From assembly GCA_963764715.1 (NCBI GenBank), contig CAVXTP010000015.1, positions 128,001 to 192,000 of the forward strand: a stretch of DNA of 64,000 nucleotides. Direction: 5' to 3'. The stretch is from an uncultured Acidobacteriota bacterium. GTDB taxonomy: Bacteria; Acidobacteriota; Thermoanaerobaculia; UBA5066; Gp7-AA6. Made by a program: the position numbers and the translations under genes. Of this stretch, positions 52,892 to 62,552 are shown piece by piece. How positions within the stretch are numbered: position 1 is the stretch's first letter; each line of letters starts with the position of its first letter. The notes beneath the pieces are model-generated. The model was not told where the DNA came from. It saw nothing but the letters and a program-made list of their open reading frames with translations, and made no database searches.

Positions 52892-53554
52892 TCACGATCC
52901 TCGCGTCGCTCCCGGGACCAGCTCCCGGTCCATCAGCATCGGGCCGCCGTGCTCGGCGATCGACGCGAACACGTTGCGTCCGCCGAAACGATGCGCCGCG
53001 TAGGACCGTTGCGCGCGCTCCACGAATCCGAGCTTGCGGAAGACCCGCTGCGACACCCGGTTGGTCGCCTCCGTGACCGCACGCCGATAGCCCGAGGCCG
53101 CGCCATGCGCGAGGCATTCCGCGACGAGCCGCTGGGCGACTCCCCTTCCGGCGGCCCGATCCGCGACGCCCAGGAGGAACAGGTGGAGCGACTCGCCCGG
53201 CGGCACTGTCCGATCGCCCCGGTACTCGGCGTCGAGCTGCCCGAGGATGTCGAAGATCGGGTCGAACTTCGGGCTCAAACGCTCGACCCCCTCCGGCAGG
53301 GCTGAGGCGGAGTCCTCCGTGAGAAGCGTCCCGACGAGCTCGCCCGTTCCGGCGAGCCGCGCCACGACGGTCAGCCCTTCGGTCGCCGCCCTCGGGCAAA
53401 GGAGCCGGACGAAGGCCTCGAACTCGGCGGCAGTCAGGCCGGTGGCGACGGCGGGAGGGTCGTGCCGGCTGAAGACGTCGGCGAGAAGCCTCGCCATCGC
53501 GACCGTCTCGGACGCGGCGAGAACGCCGTACTCGATCGGGCCGATTTCGGTCAT
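52892..53554 (-). CDS. GNAT N-acetyltransferase (arylalkylamine NAT-like)
   Basis: LGV....AGRGVA and EATNRVSQRVFRKLGF. Confidence 0.88.
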   Translation of the reverse strand: MTEIGPIEYGVLAASETVAMARLLADVFSRHDPPAVATGLTAAEFEAFVRLLCPRAATEGLTVVARLAGTGELVGTLLTEDSASALPEGVERLSPKFDPIFDILGQLDAEYRGDRTVPPGESLHLFLLGVADRAAGRGVAQRLVAECLAHGAASGYRRAVTEATNRVSQRVFRKLGFVERAQRSYAAHRFGGRNVFASIAEHGGPMLMDRELVPGATRGS

Positions 53555-53676
53555 CGATCTTCATCCCTCCGAGTAGCGCGTTCGTCCCGCGGTTCGGGCG
53601 GGGTCGATCCTGACGCGCCGTCGATGCGCCCGCCCGATGCAACACTTCCTTCCCGCCGACGTATCTCGCGAAAAGG

Positions 53677-54877
53677 ATGCACCTCGACATGATGACGCGA
53701 AAACCGCGCGCTTTCCCGGGCTTCGCCTCGATCCTGGCGGCCGCGCACCTGGGCCTGGCCTCGGCCGTCGCGGCCGCGGCCGCTCCCCAGACGGGGCCGA
53801 CGCTTTCCGTTCCGCCCGGCTCGCCGCGCTGGGAGCTCGAGGGAAAGGCCCAGCCGGCCGAATACCTGGGCCGCTCGTGTCTCATGCTCGACGGCGGCGC
53901 CGCGGCCGTGAAGGACTTCGAGATGCGCGACGGCGTCATCGACGTCGACGTCGCCACCCCGGCAAACCGGGGCTTCTTCGGCATCCAGTTTCGGATCGTC
54001 GACGAGGGCGCCAGCGCGGAATGGGTCTATCTGCGGCAGCACAAGTCCGGGCTTCCCGACGCGATTCAATACACGCCGGTCCTCGGCACCGGCCTCAACT
54101 GGCAGATCTACAACGGGCCCGGGTTCACCGCCGCCGTCGACATCCCGAAGGACGCGTGGTTCCACCTGCGCCTCGAGGTCGCCGGCGCGCAGGCCCGGCT
54201 CTTCGTCAAGGACATGGAGAAGCCGGCGCTCGTCATGAACGACCTGAAGAGCGGCGATCCCGAAAGGCCAGGTGGCCCTCGCCGTCCTGACGGGCGCGAC
54301 GTACTTCTCGAACTTCGAGGTCCGGACGACGCCCGATGCGCCCTGGGAGCGGCGCCCGCCGCCGATGCCGCCCAACACGCTGACGAAGTGGAGCATCTCG
54401 CCTTCGTACGACGCCCTCGAGCGCAACCTCGAGCGGCCGCTGACGCCGTCCGAGATCGACGCCATCCGCTGGCAGGACGTCGAGGCCGAGCCGCCCGGCT
54501 TCGTCGTCCTCTACCGTGATCGCCAGGCTCCCCATCCGAGGGTCTCGTTCCAGGGCGACTTCTCGAAGCGCCTGGAGCCGCAGCCCGGAATGAAGGTCCT
54601 CTACGCCCGGACCCGCATCGAGTCGGACCGCGACCAGGTCAAGAGGCTCGACATCGGCTACAGCGACGACGTCAGCGTCTTCCTGAACGGGAAGATCCTC
54701 TGGCGCGGCCGCAGCGCCCAGGGCTTCCGCGATCCCGGCTTCCTCGGCATCGTCAATCCCGAGAACGACGCCGTCTACCTGCCGCTGACGAAGGGCGCCA
54801 ACGAGCTCGTGCTCGCGCTGAGCGAGCTCGGCGGCGGCTGGGGATTCATCTGCCGCCTGGAGGACCCGGCCCGCTGA
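53677..54877 (+). pseudogene. Secreted concanavalin/DUF1080-like plus beta-sandwich protein, +1 frameshift near 54255 (possibly a sequencing error)
   Basis: Signal peptide; WFHLRLEV.G, then YFSNF and GYSDD.SVFLNG...GANEL in the next frame. Confidence 0.72.
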
Positions 54878-54881
54878 CGCT

Positions 54882-55403
54882 TCAACCGACGACGAGGTAC
54901 TCGCTCTGCACGAGGCCGCTCGCGTACGTCCCGGTCGCCACGTGCCGGAGCCGGATGTCGCGCCCCGTCACGCCGAAGAGCGGAATGCCCTCGCCGATCA
55001 GCACCGGCACCCGCGTGACGATGAGGCGCTGGATGAGGCCGGCGCGCAGAAACCGCTGGATGGTCTCGCCGCCGTCCACGTAGGCGTGGCGGATGCCGCG
55101 CGCGTCCAGCCGCGCCGCGATCTCCGCCGGCTCCCCCGACAGGCGCTCCACGACCGCCCCCTGGGGGAACGGAGCGAGTGCGCGGGTCGAGAGAACGAAG
55201 ACCGGCTTCGACCCGTAGGGCCACTCCGGCAGGTTCAGAACGACCTCGTACGTGTTTCGTCCGATGACGAGCGCGTCGACCGTGGCCATGAACTCGTCGT
55301 AGCCGTGGGGCTCGCCGCCGCCTGCCGGCAGGAAGTCGTACCTCCCGTCGCGGCGGGCGAGGAACCCGTCGACGCTCGTTCCGACGAACACGGACGCTTT
55401 CAT
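54882..55403 (-). CDS. Dihydrofolate reductase family protein
   Basis: SVDGFLA, IGRNTY, YVDGG, PVLIGEGIPLF. Confidence 0.92.
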   Translation of the reverse strand: MKASVFVGTSVDGFLARRDGRYDFLPAGGGEPHGYDEFMATVDALVIGRNTYEVVLNLPEWPYGSKPVFVLSTRALAPFPQGAVVERLSGEPAEIAARLDARGIRHAYVDGGETIQRFLRAGLIQRLIVTRVPVLIGEGIPLFGVTGRDIRLRHVATGTYASGLVQSEYLVVG

Positions 55404-55418
55404 GGCGACGCCTTCCTT

Positions 55419-55691
55419 CTATCCCTTGAGCATCGTCCAGACGCCGATGGCGATGAAACCGGCGCCGGCGACGCGCGCCAGGACCTTCGGGTTGATCCTC
55501 GGACCGATGAGGCCGCCGGCGAAGACGCCGAGGGCCGACGAAACCACGAGCGCGAGCGCCGAGCCGAGGAACACGACCCACTTGCTGTTGCCCGCCCCGG
55601 CGGCGTACAGCAGCGTGCTGAGCTGCGTCTTGTCTCCGAGCTCGGCCACGAACACGGTGGCGAACACCGTCGCCAGGAGCTTGACGTCCAT
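55419..55691 (-). CDS. TMEM165/GDT1 (UPF0016) single-domain transporter
   Basis: AELGDKTQ signature; AAGGAG RBS. Confidence 0.92.
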   Translation of the reverse strand: MDVKLLATVFATVFVAELGDKTQLSTLLYAAGAGNSKWVVFLGSALALVVSSALGVFAGGLIGPRINPKVLARVAGAGFIAIGVWTMLKG

Positions 55692-55715
55692 CCGTTCTCC
55701 TTCGGCCGGCGGCGT

Positions 55716-56228
55716 TCAACCGCGCGGCAGCCGCGCGCGGAGCCAGCGGATCTGCCCGCGGTGATTGATCTCGTCCTCGGCCACATGAAACCACGCCCAG
55801 TGCGGGTTGAGCGCGGGTTTCGCCCGGAGCGGAGCTTCGAGCCAGGCGTCGTCGCGCCCGGCCAGCCCGGCGAGGGTCGCCTCGCGGACACGGGCCAGAT
55901 CGTCCAGGTACGACTCCGGCTCCCGCCCCCGGAGCTGCCGCCGCCCGTCTTCTCCGAGGTCGAGGGCGGCGAGCCAGGGCGCGATCTCGGCGTCGGACGG
56001 TTCACGCTCCTCGAAGGTGAGGACCTGGTACCAGCGCTCGACCGCGGCCACGTGCGCGAGCAGCGCGCCGATCGAATTGCTCCCGGCGTCGTGCAGGTGG
56101 TCGAGGTCGCCGCGCGAGAGTCCGTCGACCGCCGCGAGCAGCGTCTCCCGCGAGTACGTCAGCATGGCGACGAGGCGTCCGATCGTCGGCGTGTAGCCGG
56201 GCAGCGGCACGATGCGATGGGACGTCAT
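55716..56228 (-). CDS. DinB/DUF664 family protein
   Basis: NSIGALLAHVAAVE and HVAEDEINHRGQ. Confidence 0.88.
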   Translation of the reverse strand: MTSHRIVPLPGYTPTIGRLVAMLTYSRETLLAAVDGLSRGDLDHLHDAGSNSIGALLAHVAAVERWYQVLTFEEREPSDAEIAPWLAALDLGEDGRRQLRGREPESYLDDLARVREATLAGLAGRDDAWLEAPLRAKPALNPHWAWFHVAEDEINHRGQIRWLRARLPRG

Positions 56229-56911
56229 GCGTCCCTTCGCAGGACGAGGGTGATGCCCTCGCGCAGGAACGGCGGCAGGGCGCGGTACACCAGGTTCTTG
56301 GCGGAGCCGAGGAGCAGGCTCGGCCGCGTGTCGCCCTCCCCGTGGTGCGCGTACCGGGCGTCGAAGTAGAACCGCCGGTGCTCGGCGACCACGCGCAAGC
56401 CCGACCGCGCCGCGATCCCGCGAAGCTCGCGCAGCGTGTACTCCCGGAAGTGGCCCGGGTTCGAGGGGTCCTCGCGGATCAGCTCGTACGGATTCCGGCC
56501 GGCCAGCAGCTTCAGCCGTTTGGGAAGCGCGGCGGCGTTCGGCGTCTGAAGAACCATCGCTCCTCGGGGCGCCAGGTGCTCCCTCAGCGCCGACAGCACG
56601 CGGACCGGCGAAGCGTGCAGGTGCTCGACGACCTCCGCGAAGACGATCAGGTCGTACGTCGGCAGGTCGCGCGGCAGGGACTCCGGGCGATTGAGGTTGG
56701 CCTGGTGATGGTTCCCGCCTCCGTTCAGCGACGCGGGAGACTCGAGCCCGAGCGTGTCGACGGGGCAGGCCAGCGTCTCCCGCAGGAGCTTCGAGAACGG
56801 GGAGGGGCCGATGTCGAGGACCCGCCCGGCGCCGTCCGGAAGCGCCTGCCGGCACAGCCCCAGCAGAAAGCGGAAGCGCGGCGCGTGGTAGGCGAGGTAG
56901 CCCCGGTTCAC
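56225..56911 (-). CDS. Class I SAM-dependent methyltransferase
   Basis: RVLDIG, YDLIVFAEVVEHL, L.TPN, HFREYT. Confidence 0.88.
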   Translation of the reverse strand: MNRGYLAYHAPRFRFLLGLCRQALPDGAGRVLDIGPSPFSKLLRETLACPVDTLGLESPASLNGGGNHHQANLNRPESLPRDLPTYDLIVFAEVVEHLHASPVRVLSALREHLAPRGAMVLQTPNAAALPKRLKLLAGRNPYELIREDPSNPGHFREYTLRELRGIAARSGLRVVAEHRRFYFDARYAHHGEGDTRPSLLLGSAKNLVYRALPPFLREGITLVLRRDA

Positions 56912-57639
56912 CGCCGGCTCTCGGCCGCGGCCTTCTCTCCCCTGGCCTGCGCCGCCAGGGCCTTCGCCCGGTCGCTGCTGAACGGGAAATAGTTCAGGAC
57001 GTCGTACTCCCAGACGTTCGTCGGGAAGATGACCACGAGCTGCGCGACGTCCTCGTCCAGGTTCTGAAACGAGTGCGGCACCATCGGAGGAATGTTCACG
57101 ACGTAGGGCCCCTGCATCACGAACATCTCGTCGCCGAGCGCGTAGAGCACCTTCTGGCCCTTCACGAGCACGTGGGACTCCTCGCCCGTGTGGGTGTGCA
57201 TCGGCGGGGCGCCGCCGGGCGCGGTGTACGTGATCCCGATGGTGAGATTGCGATACCCGTGCCGCTGTCCCTCCATGACGTGGACGTACTCGCCCGGCCC
57301 GGGATGGATGACGTCGAGATCGTCCTTGGAGAGCGCGAAGTCCCGGACGTTCTTCATCGCGGGCGGCGTGAACGGTCCCGGCACTTTCCGCGTCTCCAGC
57401 ACCGCGTGCGGATGATGCTGCGCGTGGAGCGCCCGCTTCGCCTGATCCACGTCGAGGATCAGCTCTCCGTGCTCGATCCGTCCGGCTCCGGTGCCGGACG
57501 CCGCGTGGTTCACGACGGGTTCCGGCAGGGAGAGCTTCGGTTTCGTTTTCGCGGAATGCCGGGCTCCGTCCCGGGAACACCCGGGAAGGACGAGCACCAG
57601 TACGAAGGCGCCGACGACTCCTCTCCGTCCGTGTCTCAC
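56908..57639 (-). CDS. Cupin domain lipoprotein
   Basis: LPGC lipobox; PMHTH..EE and IPPMVPHSFQN; AAGGAGG RBS. Confidence 0.82.
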   Translation of the reverse strand: MRHGRRGVVGAFVLVLVLPGCSRDGARHSAKTKPKLSLPEPVVNHAASGTGAGRIEHGELILDVDQAKRALHAQHHPHAVLETRKVPGPFTPPAMKNVRDFALSKDDLDVIHPGPGEYVHVMEGQRHGYRNLTIGITYTAPGGAPPMHTHTGEESHVLVKGQKVLYALGDEMFVMQGPYVVNIPPMVPHSFQNLDEDVAQLVVIFPTNVWEYDVLNYFPFSSDRAKALAAQARGEKAAAESRR

Positions 57640-57711
57640 TCCCCGCCTCCTTGCTCGATCGAAGAGCGAATCCATCCCGGCCGCGGTCCGGCCGGATCGG
57701 CGCATCCCGGA

Positions 57712-57993
57712 CTAGCTTCGGTGATCGCGGAGGATCTGATCGATCTCCTCCATCGTGAAGCAATTGAGCTGGACGATCTTCGTTTGCGCCCGGAAAGCCG
57801 GCGGGACGATCGACCGGGCCTCGTCCTTGCTGTCGACGTCCACGATCATCCACGCCTTGTGCACGCCGTCCTTGCATCCCCAGTCCGCATGGCTCAGGAA
57901 GTGGGAGCCGGTCGTGAGGAACACCTCGACGGCCCGGGCGCAGGCGACCGTGGCGTCTTCGTGCGGAACCTCGATGAGAAATCTTTTCGTCAC
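57712..57993 (-). CDS. Small His/Cys-rich hypothetical protein
   Basis: AAGGAG RBS; natural composition; upstream TAGAAT at 58033-58038. Confidence 0.82.
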   Translation of the reverse strand: MTKRFLIEVPHEDATVACARAVEVFLTTGSHFLSHADWGCKDGVHKAWMIVDVDSKDEARSIVPPAFRAQTKIVQLNCFTMEEIDQILRDHRS

Positions 57994-58072
57994 GTGCGAT
58001 CTCCTTCGCCGGAGCGATTCTCGACTCTCCTGATTCTAGTGCCGTCCCGGCCCGCGCCGTTCCCGCGGCGCC

Positions 58073-59017
58073 TCAAGGCTTCTGCGCCGGATTCAGCCAC
58101 TCTGCGGGAATCGGATTGTCCGGCCTCTCCTGGTCCCAGACCGCGCCGGCGATCCACCAGCGCGCGCCGTCCCAGAAGAGCTGAACGTAGTTCACGTAGC
58201 GGGCCTCGACGGGACCTTCGGGCGTGCGGCGCGCCACCGAGACGCTCCGCACCTGGGCCACGTTGCCGAAGCGCTCGACACGCGAGCCGATCTCCGTCTC
58301 GAACAGTCCCTGCGCGACGAACCCCGCGTCGGACTTGCGACGGTATTCCTCCGGCGTCAGGATCGTCGTTTCCACCTTGCCGTTGCGCTCGCCGGTGACC
58401 ACGAACGTGGCGCCCGGCATGTAGAGCGTCCGGTCGCGATCCCACTGCCGCGGCGCGCCGGCGGGCCCGCTGATGACCTCGTAGGAGGCGCGCATGATGT
58501 CCTCGATCGTGCCGACGTCGGACGTCCGCGCCGACGGAATCGCAGGGGCGGCCGGCACCGGCGTCGGCCCGAGGAGGACGGACGCCGTGGGACTCGGGGC
58601 CGCGGCCTTCGTCCCGGCGCCCGACAGGCCCACGTCGAGAGTGTAGTTCGCGGTTTCCTGTCGCCCCGCCGCGCCCCGCATCAGGTAGACGCGGATCGTG
58701 TACTCGCCGCTCGACTTCAGGGCGGTCGAGAACTCGTTGCCCAGCGTCAAGCCGACGAAGATTGCCTTGTCGGATTCCGGGGCGAGGACGTTAAAGAAGG
58801 CCGACGGATTGCGCGGCTTGAACCGCACCGAAATCACCTGCCCGGCCTCGGCGCGAAGCTTGTAGTCGACGATCTCGTCGCCCTTGATCTGGTCCCTGAT
58901 CCGGACGCCCGTCTCGCCTTCCGTGAACTGCACCGCCTGCCGCCGGATGTGGTCCTCGGCCCGGGCCGCAGGCGCCAGGAACACCAGGCTCGACAGGACC
59001 GCGACGATGGCTCTCAT
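58073..59017 (-). CDS. Secreted protein: PliG/PPC-like beta domain, Pro/Ala linker, NTF2-like domain
   Basis: VQF..G....I..QIKG...VDY.L.A.AGQ and SGEYTIRVY; YEVISGPAG..R.W and RWWI. Confidence 0.72.
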   Translation of the reverse strand: MRAIVAVLSSLVFLAPAARAEDHIRRQAVQFTEGETGVRIRDQIKGDEIVDYKLRAEAGQVISVRFKPRNPSAFFNVLAPESDKAIFVGLTLGNEFSTALKSSGEYTIRVYLMRGAAGRQETANYTLDVGLSGAGTKAAAPSPTASVLLGPTPVPAAPAIPSARTSDVGTIEDIMRASYEVISGPAGAPRQWDRDRTLYMPGATFVVTGERNGKVETTILTPEEYRRKSDAGFVAQGLFETEIGSRVERFGNVAQVRSVSVARRTPEGPVEARYVNYVQLFWDGARWWIAGAVWDQERPDNPIPAEWLNPAQKP

Positions 59018-59019
59018 GT

Positions 59020-59532
59020 TCACCTGTCCTCGCGGCGCGCGGGCCGCGACGACCGCTCCGCCGTTCCGCCGTTGCGCAGCTCCTCGAGCATCTGGTCTCC
59101 CTCGCGCTTGCTCGCCACGCGCAGAGGGATCCCGCCTCCGAACCCGGACTGGATTCGCGGCGCCGCGACCAGGCGGCCCTTCACGAAGATGCCCAGGTAA
59201 TCCCCCGCGTGCCGTCCCGACCAGTCCGCCAGGCGGCGGTTGCCCTCCGGCGAGAGCGGCAGCCAGAGCGTCGCCTCGCCCGCGATGCTCGTTCTCCCGC
59301 CCGCGAACGCGACGGCCCCGAGATCGAACGACGTCATGTCGAGCAACTTCGCGGACGACGCGAAGCCGTACCCCGCCCCGGAGTAAGGAAGCTCGACGCG
59401 CATCGTGTGGTCGGCGTCGGGCTCCCGCTGGATGGACCGCACCACGAGATAGTCCGGGTCCCGGACGACGACCCGCGCCGGCTCGACGCCCTCGTTCCGG
59501 CACGCCCAGGCGAGCAGGACCGAGGCCGCCAC
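59020..59532 (-). CDS. Lipoprotein with a SecDF P1-head-like domain
   Basis: AWAC lipobox; G.YLGIFVKGRLVAAPRIQ...GG motif. Confidence 0.65.
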   Translation of the reverse strand: MAASVLLAWACRNEGVEPARVVVRDPDYLVVRSIQREPDADHTMRVELPYSGAGYGFASSAKLLDMTSFDLGAVAFAGGRTSIAGEATLWLPLSPEGNRRLADWSGRHAGDYLGIFVKGRLVAAPRIQSGFGGGIPLRVASKREGDQMLEELRNGGTAERSSRPARREDR

Positions 59533-59587
59533 TCCCGCGGCGCGCCGGGCGCGGGCGGACGACGGCCGGGGCGCCTCGCGACGGCGG

Positions 59588-59956
59588 TCAGGAAGCAGCC
59601 GTCCACTCCCCGACCCGGGCCTCGACCAGCTTCAGCAGCCCGGCCAGATCGGCGCCGGGCTCGAGCGCCACGGCCACGTGGCCCCCCGCGACCGGAAACA
59701 CGCACTGGAAGAAATTGCCGTAGCGGATCACGACGTAGCGGACGCCGCCGCAATCGATGTTGCCGCGCTGGCGCACGAGCGTCAGGACCGCCGGATTCAC
59801 GATCAGCTCCTCGTACCGGTCCGACTCGGAGGCGCTCGCGCCGGACAGGCCGGCGCGTTCCTGCTGCCGGAGGACCTCGTCGCGGTACACGGCCACGTAC
59901 CGGATGTCGGGGCTCAAGGCCAGAAAGCGGTCGATCAGCTCCTGGTGGCCGAGCAT
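59588..59956 (-). CDS. Hypothetical protein (possible roadblock/profilin-like fold)
   Basis: GGGAGG RBS; IRYVAV...YVVIRYG...HVAVALE. Confidence 0.75.
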   Translation of the reverse strand: MLGHQELIDRFLALSPDIRYVAVYRDEVLRQQERAGLSGASASESDRYEELIVNPAVLTLVRQRGNIDCGGVRYVVIRYGNFFQCVFPVAGGHVAVALEPGADLAGLLKLVEARVGEWTAAS

Positions 59957-60026
59957 GGCGCCTCCCTTCGCGTCCTCCGCAAGTCCGGTCCTTCGCACGC
60001 GCGTCAGGCTGCGCGGGCCGGCGCGA

Positions 60027-60365
60027 TCACTTCAGCTCGACGATCAGCACGTGCGTGTCGGTCGTGCCGACGTTCTCGCCGATGTGCGATTGCGCCTTGC
60101 CCCACGCGACCTCGCCCGGGCGAAACTCGCGAACGGCCTCCCGCCCGTCCGACAGGACGAGCCGGCGCCGGAACGCGCTCAACGCGCAGAGCGCGTAATC
60201 GGGATGCCGGTGCGGCGACGTCCGCTGGCCCGGCGAGTCGCGGTACTCGAGAATCCGGACCCGGTCGTTTTCGAGGACGACCCTGTACTTGTCGCCGTCG
60301 GTGACCACGGGATCGCGGCTGGGATCGCGAAGCTGTTCGAGCTCGGCCGGGGTGACGCTGCTCAT
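60027..60365 (-). CDS. Cupin domain protein
   Basis: LENDRVRIL, PHRHP, H..ENVG, VELK. Confidence 0.88.
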   Translation of the reverse strand: MSSVTPAELEQLRDPSRDPVVTDGDKYRVVLENDRVRILEYRDSPGQRTSPHRHPDYALCALSAFRRRLVLSDGREAVREFRPGEVAWGKAQSHIGENVGTTDTHVLIVELK

Positions 60366-60437
60366 CGACCCTCCTCGCGCGCGACGGAGGCGCGCTTCGA
60401 CATCGCCTTCCACGGGCGCCTCGCCACGGCGAGCCGC

Positions 60438-61196
60438 TCAGATCCCCGTGTACCAGGCCCACCCGTTCTGAATGTTTCCCTTCTTGCCGCCGTCGTCGAA
60501 CTCGTCCGTGACGACGATGCGCTTCAGGTACTTCATGCTCTTGTAACCCATCTGCCGCTCCACGCGCAGCCGCACCGGCGCTCCGTGCGGGATCGGGAGG
60601 TCGCGCCCGTTCATGCCGTAGGCCAGGATCGTCTGCGGGTGCAGGGCATCGGCCATGTCGACGCTGTCGATCCAGTCGTCGTACGAGTGGAACACCACGA
60701 ACCGGGCGGACGGCAGGGCGCCCGCCGCCGCGAGCACCAGGCCGAGCGGCACGCCCGTCCACTGGCCGATGGCGGTCCAGCCCTCCTCGCACGTGTGCCG
60801 CGTGATCTGCGTCCGCGGCGGGAACTGCTTGAGGTCGGCGAGAGAGAACGCGCGCGGCTTCGCGACGCGGCCCTCGACCGGGAGGCTCCAGTCGGCGAAC
60901 GCTCCGCCCTGCGCGCGGCGATAAGCGTCGCCGAGCTCCCCTTTGACCGTCCGGCCCGGATCGGTCGTGCCCGTCGCGGGAAACGACGTGACGTCCCGCG
61001 GGTCGTACTCTTTCACCAGCGACTGGCCGAGGAGCGCGCGCTGCGCGCCGTAGGTGAACGAGTCGCCCATCCGCAACACGTTTCCGCCGGTGGGCGGCAG
61101 GATCTTCGGGAAGCGGCGCGCGAGCACGATCCCGCCGACGGAAGCCAGCCCCGCGACGATCGCCCCGCGGCGCGTGATGAGCCCCTTGGTCTTCAT
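60438..61196 (-). CDS. Molybdopterin-dependent oxidoreductase (sulfite oxidase/MsrP-like), Tat-exported
   Basis: TRRGAI; HTCEEGW, WTGV.L, HGAPVRL, GYKSMK. Confidence 0.92.
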   Translation of the reverse strand: MKTKGLITRRGAIVAGLASVGGIVLARRFPKILPPTGGNVLRMGDSFTYGAQRALLGQSLVKEYDPRDVTSFPATGTTDPGRTVKGELGDAYRRAQGGAFADWSLPVEGRVAKPRAFSLADLKQFPPRTQITRHTCEEGWTAIGQWTGVPLGLVLAAAGALPSARFVVFHSYDDWIDSVDMADALHPQTILAYGMNGRDLPIPHGAPVRLRVERQMGYKSMKYLKRIVVTDEFDDGGKKGNIQNGWAWYTGI

Positions 61197-61197
61197 G

Positions 61198-61956
61198 TCA
61201 CTCCCCCGCCGTCATGGCCCGGATCTGGCGCCGGAATCCGGACTTGACGACCATCACGATGTGCACGATCACGAACAGGACGAGCACGGCGGACGCGAAG
61301 AAATGGATCGTCCGCGCGGACTGATAACCCCCGAAAAGATCCAGGAGAAACGGAAGCGCGGAGGTCACGGCCGGCGACATCGTCAGCCCGGTCCCGACCA
61401 TCAGCGGCGCGGCCACGAAGATCACGAACGAGTACGCGCACTTCTGCAGCAGGCCGTACTGCGGACCGCCGTGGGCCGGCGGGATCCGGAAGCGCAGGTG
61501 TTCGAGCATGTCGCGCCAGACGAATCGCGGCGCGAGCTCCCGGGCCCTCGGCCAGACGTGGGAGCGGAAGTGGCCGCGCAGGAGGCCCATGAGGAGGTAG
61601 ATGGCGCCGGGCACGACGAGAAACCAGGCGGACAGGAAGTGCAGGCTCCGCGCCCAGCCGTTCTGATTGAAGATGTCGTAGGTCCGGCTGGCGCTGACCG
61701 GGCCCGCCGCATTCGCGAAGAAGGGCGTGGGCTTGTCCCATCCGCCATGCCGGTAGTTCCGGCTGATCGGCAGCTCGACGAGCGCCGGCGTCAGGTCGTT
61801 CCCGGCTTTCCCCCAGTAGAGCCGCGGGTGGACCATCAGGATAAAAAACCCGCTCACGACGAGCGCGAGAACGCTCGCGGTCACGATCCAGTGCGAGATC
61901 CGCACCCAGCGGGCGTGGCCTTCGACCCCGCTGGCGTCGGGCGGTCGCGATTTCAT
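61198..61956 (-). CDS. Cytochrome b/b6 domain membrane partner
   Basis: RISHW, RSLHF, YGLLQK.AY, RTIHF, VHIVM haem His residues. Confidence 0.9.
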   Translation of the reverse strand: MKSRPPDASGVEGHARWVRISHWIVTASVLALVVSGFFILMVHPRLYWGKAGNDLTPALVELPISRNYRHGGWDKPTPFFANAAGPVSASRTYDIFNQNGWARSLHFLSAWFLVVPGAIYLLMGLLRGHFRSHVWPRARELAPRFVWRDMLEHLRFRIPPAHGGPQYGLLQKCAYSFVIFVAAPLMVGTGLTMSPAVTSALPFLLDLFGGYQSARTIHFFASAVLVLFVIVHIVMVVKSGFRRQIRAMTAGE

Positions 61957-62067
61957 CCCTGGTTCTCCGGAGCCTCCGCCGCATCCGGACGCGGTGCGGC
62001 ATCGGCGCGCTCAGCGTACGATGCCACCGGAACGGCCGTGGCGCAACGCACAGTGCAGACCCCCGGG

Positions 62068-62529
62068 ATGGACATTCGGCCCGCCGAGCTCCCCCGGGAC
62101 CTCGAGCTGGTTCGCCGCCTCTTCCGGGAGTACGCCGGCGGCCTCGGCGTCGACCTGGGGTTCCAGGAGTTCGAGGAGGAGCTGGCCGCGTTGCCCGGCA
62201 AGTACGCGGAGCCTGCCGGGAGGCTGCTGATCGCGTGGAGCGGAGACCGGCCGGTCGGCTGCATCGCGCTCCGTCCCCTCGACGCCCGGACCTGCGAGAT
62301 GAAGCGACTCTACGTGCGCCCGGAGGCGCGCGGCGGCGGGCTCGGGCGCCTGCTGGCCGAGCGACTGATTCAGGAAGCGCGGGCCGCCGGCTACTTGCGC
62401 ATGTGCCTCGACACGCTGCCCGCCATGGCTTCCGCCCAGTCCCTCTACCGCTCCCTGGGATTCGTTCCCACCGAGCCCTACGTCTTCAATCCGATCCCCG
62501 GCACGAAGTTCCTCGCCCTGGATCTCTGA
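62068..62529 (+). CDS. GNAT N-acetyltransferase
   Basis: [32 protein letters not shown]. Confidence 0.92.
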   Translation: MDIRPAELPRDLELVRRLFREYAGGLGVDLGFQEFEEELAALPGKYAEPAGRLLIAWSGDRPVGCIALRPLDARTCEMKRLYVRPEARGGGLGRLLAERLIQEARAAGYLRMCLDTLPAMASAQSLYRSLGFVPTEPYVFNPIPGTKFLALDL

Positions 62530-62552
62530 GGAGACGGCGGACGGCAGAACCG

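Noticed and set aside
52773-52895. 40-aa ORF bridging the GNAT and carbonic anhydrase genes
   Set aside because: It has no recognisable homology and contains a likely -10 box (TATGAT) and an RBS; an open frame is easily chance here.
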